The notes beneath the pieces are model-generated. The model saw only the letters and a program-made list of their open reading frames with translations, was not told the DNA's origin and did not search any database. The translations under genes and the position numbers were made by a program. A DNA stretch of 24,000 nucleotides. Source: Escherichia coli (GTDB lineage: Bacteria > Pseudomonadota > Gammaproteobacteria > Enterobacterales > Enterobacteriaceae). The number at the start of each line of letters is the position of its first letter. Position 1 is the first letter of the stretch. The DNA lies in NCBI RefSeq assembly GCF_043995745.1, contig NZ_CP171869.1. One strand, given 5' to 3'. Positions 20,499-24,000 of the stretch are shown here, in pieces.

Positions 20499-20618
20499 TA
20501 CGCTTTCCTGACGATCTGATAATTATCAGCTCAATACATTTGACATAAAAGCGGTTCCTTAATTACTACTGCCACGATCACATATCAAATCATGATCGTA
20601 CAATATACATTTTCACTA

Positions 20619-21821
20619 TTATTTATTCACAATTTGAGACATCACATAATCCGCCCATGCCTGCATCATCGGTACACGCTGCTCCAGTAGATCAGTACGA
20701 TGATATGCCGCCTCAACCTTATTTTTCAGCGTATGAGCGAGCGCCCTTTCCGCCAGATCCCGCGAATACCCCTGTTCACTACACCAGTCCCTGAATGTTG
20801 AGCGAAAACCATGTGCCGTGGCAACTCGCCCCGGAATGTCACTGACGGCTTTCTTTTTACGCAGAAAACTTGTCAACACCATATCGGAAAGGATCTGCTG
20901 CTTTCTGGGTGAAGGGAACACCAGTTCATCATGCAGGCCACGTATATTTTCCAGAATGTAAATAGCCTGCCGGGATAAAGGAACACGATGCTGTAGCCTA
21001 GCTTTCATTCTTTCTGCAGGTATAGTCCATACCCGCTTATGAAAATCAATTTCAGCCCAGCGCATTCCCCTGGCTTCGCCCGAGCGAGTTGCTGTAAGTA
21101 TCACCATTAATAACAGTGCGCGGGTAACATTATAAGGTTCATCACTATACACACTGGTCGCCACAAAAAGCGGTAACTGCCTCCAGGGCATTGCTGGTTG
21201 GTGTTCATCACGTCCTCTTGTCTGCTGAGGAAGCAAATGGTCAACCACATCAACAGGATTTGCCACACAAAAACCGTGCGCCCATCCCCACTGCATAACA
21301 ACATGAATGCGCTGTTTAACCCGGCTTGCCGTTTCTGACAAGGTTAACCAGACTGGACGCAGTGTTTCTGCCACGTCCGCAGCCGTAATCGAATCCAGCG
21401 TTTTTGCTCCCAGTTGAGGAAACGCGTAATTCTCAAGCGTCGATAACCACTGCCTTACATGCTTTGGATTTTCCCATCCTGGAGACAATTCTGCATGTAC
21501 ACGCCTGGCTGCATCGGCAAATGTTGGGATAACGACTTTCTCAGATTCAGCCTTTTTAATCTCCAGAGGATCATCACCTGCAGCAAGTTGCTCTCGCATT
21601 ATCCGGGCAGTACGTGCAGCTTCAGCAATACTGACCTCTGGGTAAGTTCCCAATCCAGCATTACGTCTTTTTTGTGTCACCGGACTTACATAACGAAAAA
21701 CCCATTTCCCCCGCCCCTTTACTGAAGAAGGATGAAGGGTCAGTCCGGTAATTCCCCCATGGGGCAATGGTTTGTCATCAGGTTTGATATGTCTTGCTTT
21801 CGTATCCGTCAATACTGCCAT
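20619..21821 (-). CDS. int: P4-type tyrosine integrase
   Basis: 400 aa MAVLTDTKARHIKPDDKPLPHGGITGLTLHPS...ARHGFRSTFRDW-type motif (TAHGFRSTFRDWCSEQG...LAHTLKNKVEAAYHRTDLLEQR) with R..H.R..Y catalytic residues. Confidence 0.95.
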   Translation of the reverse strand: MAVLTDTKARHIKPDDKPLPHGGITGLTLHPSSVKGRGKWVFRYVSPVTQKRRNAGLGTYPEVSIAEAARTARIMREQLAAGDDPLEIKKAESEKVVIPTFADAARRVHAELSPGWENPKHVRQWLSTLENYAFPQLGAKTLDSITAADVAETLRPVWLTLSETASRVKQRIHVVMQWGWAHGFCVANPVDVVDHLLPQQTRGRDEHQPAMPWRQLPLFVATSVYSDEPYNVTRALLLMVILTATRSGEARGMRWAEIDFHKRVWTIPAERMKARLQHRVPLSRQAIYILENIRGLHDELVFPSPRKQQILSDMVLTSFLRKKKAVSDIPGRVATAHGFRSTFRDWCSEQGYSRDLAERALAHTLKNKVEAAYHRTDLLEQRVPMMQAWADYVMSQIVNK

Positions 21822-21980
21822 ACGCTAATTCCCGTCACTCTGGTATGCCATCCAGTATGCCATTAGTCTCTCGCTTCACTAAGAATACATTAGATAATAT
21901 CGGACAACAAAAAGTGTAATACATTGTTTATAATGAAATTATATAACACCCCTGGATTAAGTCAGATTTATTTCAGGCGG

Positions 21981-21995
21981 TCCCCCTCACCGCCA
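21981..21995 (+). other. Island attachment core: 3' end of tRNA-Ser (serX/serW type)
   Basis: tccccctcaccgcca; the last 14 nt match the 3' terminus of the GGA-anticodon tRNA-Ser (…AATCCCCCCCTCACCGCCA). Lies about 160 bp from the int start, and no tRNA body lies upstream. Confidence 0.8.
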
Positions 21996-22007
21996 TATTT
22001 AAAGAAG

Positions 22008-22036
22008 AGCTCGTACGAAAGTACGGGCTTTTTTTT
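22008..22036 (+). terminator. Rho-independent terminator (repeat copy 1)
   Basis: AGCTCGTAC-GAAA-GTACGGGCT followed by a T tract; 9-bp stem (one G-U), GAAA tetraloop. Same structure at about 22189-22217 and 22370-22398. Confidence 0.85.
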
Positions 22037-22188
22037 CGTATATTGCACACACCGGGGGGATGAGAAGCCCCGACCGGGGTTCGACAACTGGCGACAGCCA
22101 GTTGGACAGACCGTGAACGCAGTGAGCGGGCTGCCCGCAGGGCGAGCGAAGCGAGTCAATCCCCCCCTCACCGCCATATTTAAAGAAG

Positions 22189-22217
22189 AGCTCGTACGAA
22201 AGTACGGGCTTTTTTTT
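22189..22217 (+). terminator. Rho-independent terminator (repeat copy 2)
   Basis: Copy of the 22008-22036 hairpin displaced by 181 bp. Confidence 0.85.
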
Positions 22218-22369
22218 CGTATATTGCACACACCGGGGGGATGAGAAGCCCCGACCGGGGGTCGACAACTGGCGACAGCCAGTTGGACAGACCGTGAACG
22301 CAGTGAGCGGGCTGCCCGCAGGGTGAGCGAAGCGAGTCAATCCCCCCCTCACCGCCATATTTAAAGAAG

Positions 22370-22398
22370 AGCTCGTACGAAAGTACGGGCTTTTTTTT
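22370..22398 (+). terminator. Rho-independent terminator (repeat copy 3)
   Basis: Copy of the same hairpin displaced by 362 bp. Confidence 0.85.
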
Positions 22399-22448
22399 CG
22401 TGTATTGCACACACCGGGGGGATGAGAAGCCCCGACCGGGATACTTAG

Positions 22449-23135
22449 TTAATGCAACGGTTCACTCTTTGTCGCCGCGACTAATGGGCGAATTTTGTCA
22501 CGAGTCTCCCAGACCGGAGGGATTTCCTCCAATTTAGTGACAGAAGCTCGTACAAAAGGCACCCGTGCAAGAGTCATAATCGTATCCAACCAACGGTCAC
22601 GAATAATGCGATCCGCCCTTTCATGACTCGGGTCATCCAGCTCAATAACACAGACTATTTTATTGTTCTTCTTTGAAACCAGAACATAATCCATTGCCAT
22701 GCCATTATAAATTGCAAAGAAACGCTTTCTTTCTTCTTCGCTAAACTCAGGTTGTTCTGGAAAGTTGATCAAGCGCCCCAGAGAGACCTGGCAATGGATA
22801 TGACAATAGTGTCCAAACCATTTTTCCAGATTATCGAAATACATTTTTTCACAACGCGTGATTAACCACTCTTTTCTTTCCAATAAAATACCTTCGGCAA
22901 CCATTCCCTGAAATAACTCATCTCGCTCTTGCCAACGAGAGTCACGATAGGTTTTCTGCGGTATATAGCTCCTTGTCGACGCCTTAGCGGCAGGGGAAGT
23001 TGCAGATGAAGGGACTGGTTGCGATTTAGCGATGATTACCGATGAGGCAACTTTTCGGAGTGTCAATTTTCTGGCAACAGCAAAACCGGCGATAAATGCA
23101 ATTGTCAAACAAGTTACGAAAGCCATAAAGCTCAT
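22449..23135 (-). CDS. DUF2726-like domain protein with N-terminal transmembrane segment
   Basis: 228 aa; MSFMAFVTCLTIAFIAGFAVARKLTL membrane anchor, then VSLGRLINFP...MAMDYVLVSKKNNKIVCVIELDDPSHERADRIIRDRWLDTIMTLARVPFVRA. Confidence 0.75.
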   Translation of the reverse strand: MSFMAFVTCLTIAFIAGFAVARKLTLRKVASSVIIAKSQPVPSSATSPAAKASTRSYIPQKTYRDSRWQERDELFQGMVAEGILLERKEWLITRCEKMYFDNLEKWFGHYCHIHCQVSLGRLINFPEQPEFSEEERKRFFAIYNGMAMDYVLVSKKNNKIVCVIELDDPSHERADRIIRDRWLDTIMTLARVPFVRASVTKLEEIPPVWETRDKIRPLVAATKSEPLH

Positions 23136-23675
23136 AATTAATTTTCACCTATCCATGTTGATTATATTTCATTACCAATGTTACTCGCTGAAGCGTGTTA
23201 CATGCCAACAATGCAACGATCAATATATAGTTAGTATCATGTTTTGATTATTACAACCATCCCTATTTTGCCATTGCAGCTTGCCTTCCACAAAAAAAAT
23301 AACAACACACAATATTAGCCAAAAGAATTAATTAAGATTAACCTTACATTTATAATATTATCCCTAAAGAATAAATCAGAGGAATATATTCAGTGTTAAT
23401 CAGTCAGGCAAATTATGGCCCATTGTTGATTAAACCTCATAAGCAAAATTGGCACCAGATCTCCTGTACAGGTTGAATGGCCGAAAAAAGATAGGCAGAT
23501 GCTCATTTTTTTGGCTTTTGGAAGAAAAACTCTCCGCGCTGGCAGTATTACACTGGTCTGATGCTATGACGAAAAATGCCTGGTAAGAGTATCTAAACCA
23601 GACTCCAGTTCAGCTTATCAACACGCTCAAAGTCGCCCCCCTGAACGCTAACCTGAAGTGAAAATCTGTTGAAAT

Positions 23676-23701
23676 AAAACAAAGCCCGGTTCGCCCGGGC
23701 T
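23676..23701 (-). terminator. Rho-independent terminator downstream of phoH
   Basis: Minus strand GAGCCCGGGCGAACCGGGCTTTGTTTT hairpin plus T-rich tail, shortly after the phoH stop. Confidence 0.75.
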
Positions 23702-23718
23702 CTGCACCGATAACACAC

Positions 23719-24000
23719 TTAACTGTAGGCATGCAGCGTACGTTGGCAAAGTGCCGAACGTACGCAATCCTCTTTACCGAATCGGATGATCCCGACCATT
23801 TCATCTTCTTCGAAACGTTCCAGCGCGTCACTTAATCCGGAGCGCACACCGCGAGGTAAATCGCATTGTGTGATATCACCGTTGACGATAACCGTCACGT
23901 TCTCCCCGAGGCGGGTTAAAAACATTTTCATTTGCGCGGCAGTCACATTCTGCGCCTCGTCAAGAATGACGACTGCATTTTCAAAGGTACGTCCACGCAT
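23719..24000 (-). CDS. phoH: PhoH, ATP-binding phosphate-starvation-inducible protein, C-terminal part (5' end beyond window)
   Basis: MRGRTFENAVVILDEAQNVTAAQMKMFLTRLGENVTVIVNGDITQCDLPRGVRSGLSDALERFEEDEMVGIIRFGKEDCVRSALCQRTLHAYS; open through the right edge. Confidence 0.93.
   Translation of the reverse strand: MRGRTFENAVVILDEAQNVTAAQMKMFLTRLGENVTVIVNGDITQCDLPRGVRSGLSDALERFEEDEMVGIIRFGKEDCVRSALCQRTLHAYS

Larger units (their letters stand above)
21982..22440 (+). repeat. 181-bp tandem repeat (about 2.4 copies) containing tRNA-Ser 3' ends
   Basis: aaagaagagctcgtacgaaag starts at 22001, 22182 and 22363 (exact 181-bp period). tRNA-Ser 3' ends AATCCCCCCCTCACCGCCA at 22158-22176 and 22339-22357. 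Last copy truncated at 22440. Confidence 0.92.

Noticed and set aside
21981-22357. A complete tRNA-Ser gene in the window
   Set aside because: Only the 3' terminal 14-19 nt are present at each site; the tRNA 5' and anticodon portions are absent.
21968-22412. Minus-strand ORFs of 76-137 aa in the tandem repeat region (MCNTRKKSPYFRTSSSLNMAVRGG...)
   Set aside because: They are direct by-products of the 181-bp repeat (period-locked repeated peptide) and overlap terminators and tRNA ends; not convincing proteins.
21971-22440. CRISPR array possibility for the regularly repeating block
   Set aside because: Period is 181 bp with the whole unit conserved, no short repeat/unique spacer pattern, and no cas genes in the window.

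Overview
This window is the distal end of an E. coli-type genomic island plus its chromosomal junction. From left to right it contains: (1) an F17-type chaperone-usher fimbrial operon on the minus strand (adhesin F17G running off the left edge, usher, chaperone, major subunit); (2) an intact IS1 (5166-5933, 768 bp, perfect 9-bp TSD) and an intact IS66-family element resembling ISEc8 (6052-8493, 2442 bp, perfect 8-bp TSD); (3) decayed IS110- and ISL3-family transposase remnants; (4) a KAP-type P-loop NTPase gene; (5) a P4/CP4-57-like satellite module: YfjJ/YagK-like, YfjI-like (DUF3987), a duplicated yfjI 5' fragment, an AlpA-like regulator, a divergent IS1 remnant, a 605-aa orphan gene and a P4-type integrase; (6) a tRNA-Ser (serX/serW type) 3'-end att core followed by about 2.4 copies of a 181-bp tandem repeat, each with a tRNA 3' end and/or a terminator; (7) chromosomal flank with a DUF2726-like gene and the 3' end of phoH. 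The most interesting signals are the orphan gene in the int-alpA slot, the lone KAP NTPase, a pair of 41-bp nested palindromes that keep their arms while the spacers diverge, three ACGATCGA motifs upstream of the F17 major subunit gene, 23-bp direct repeats in an unusually long non-coding gap, and the tRNA-derived tandem repeat. Functions of the orphan and KAP genes are inferred from position and motifs only.
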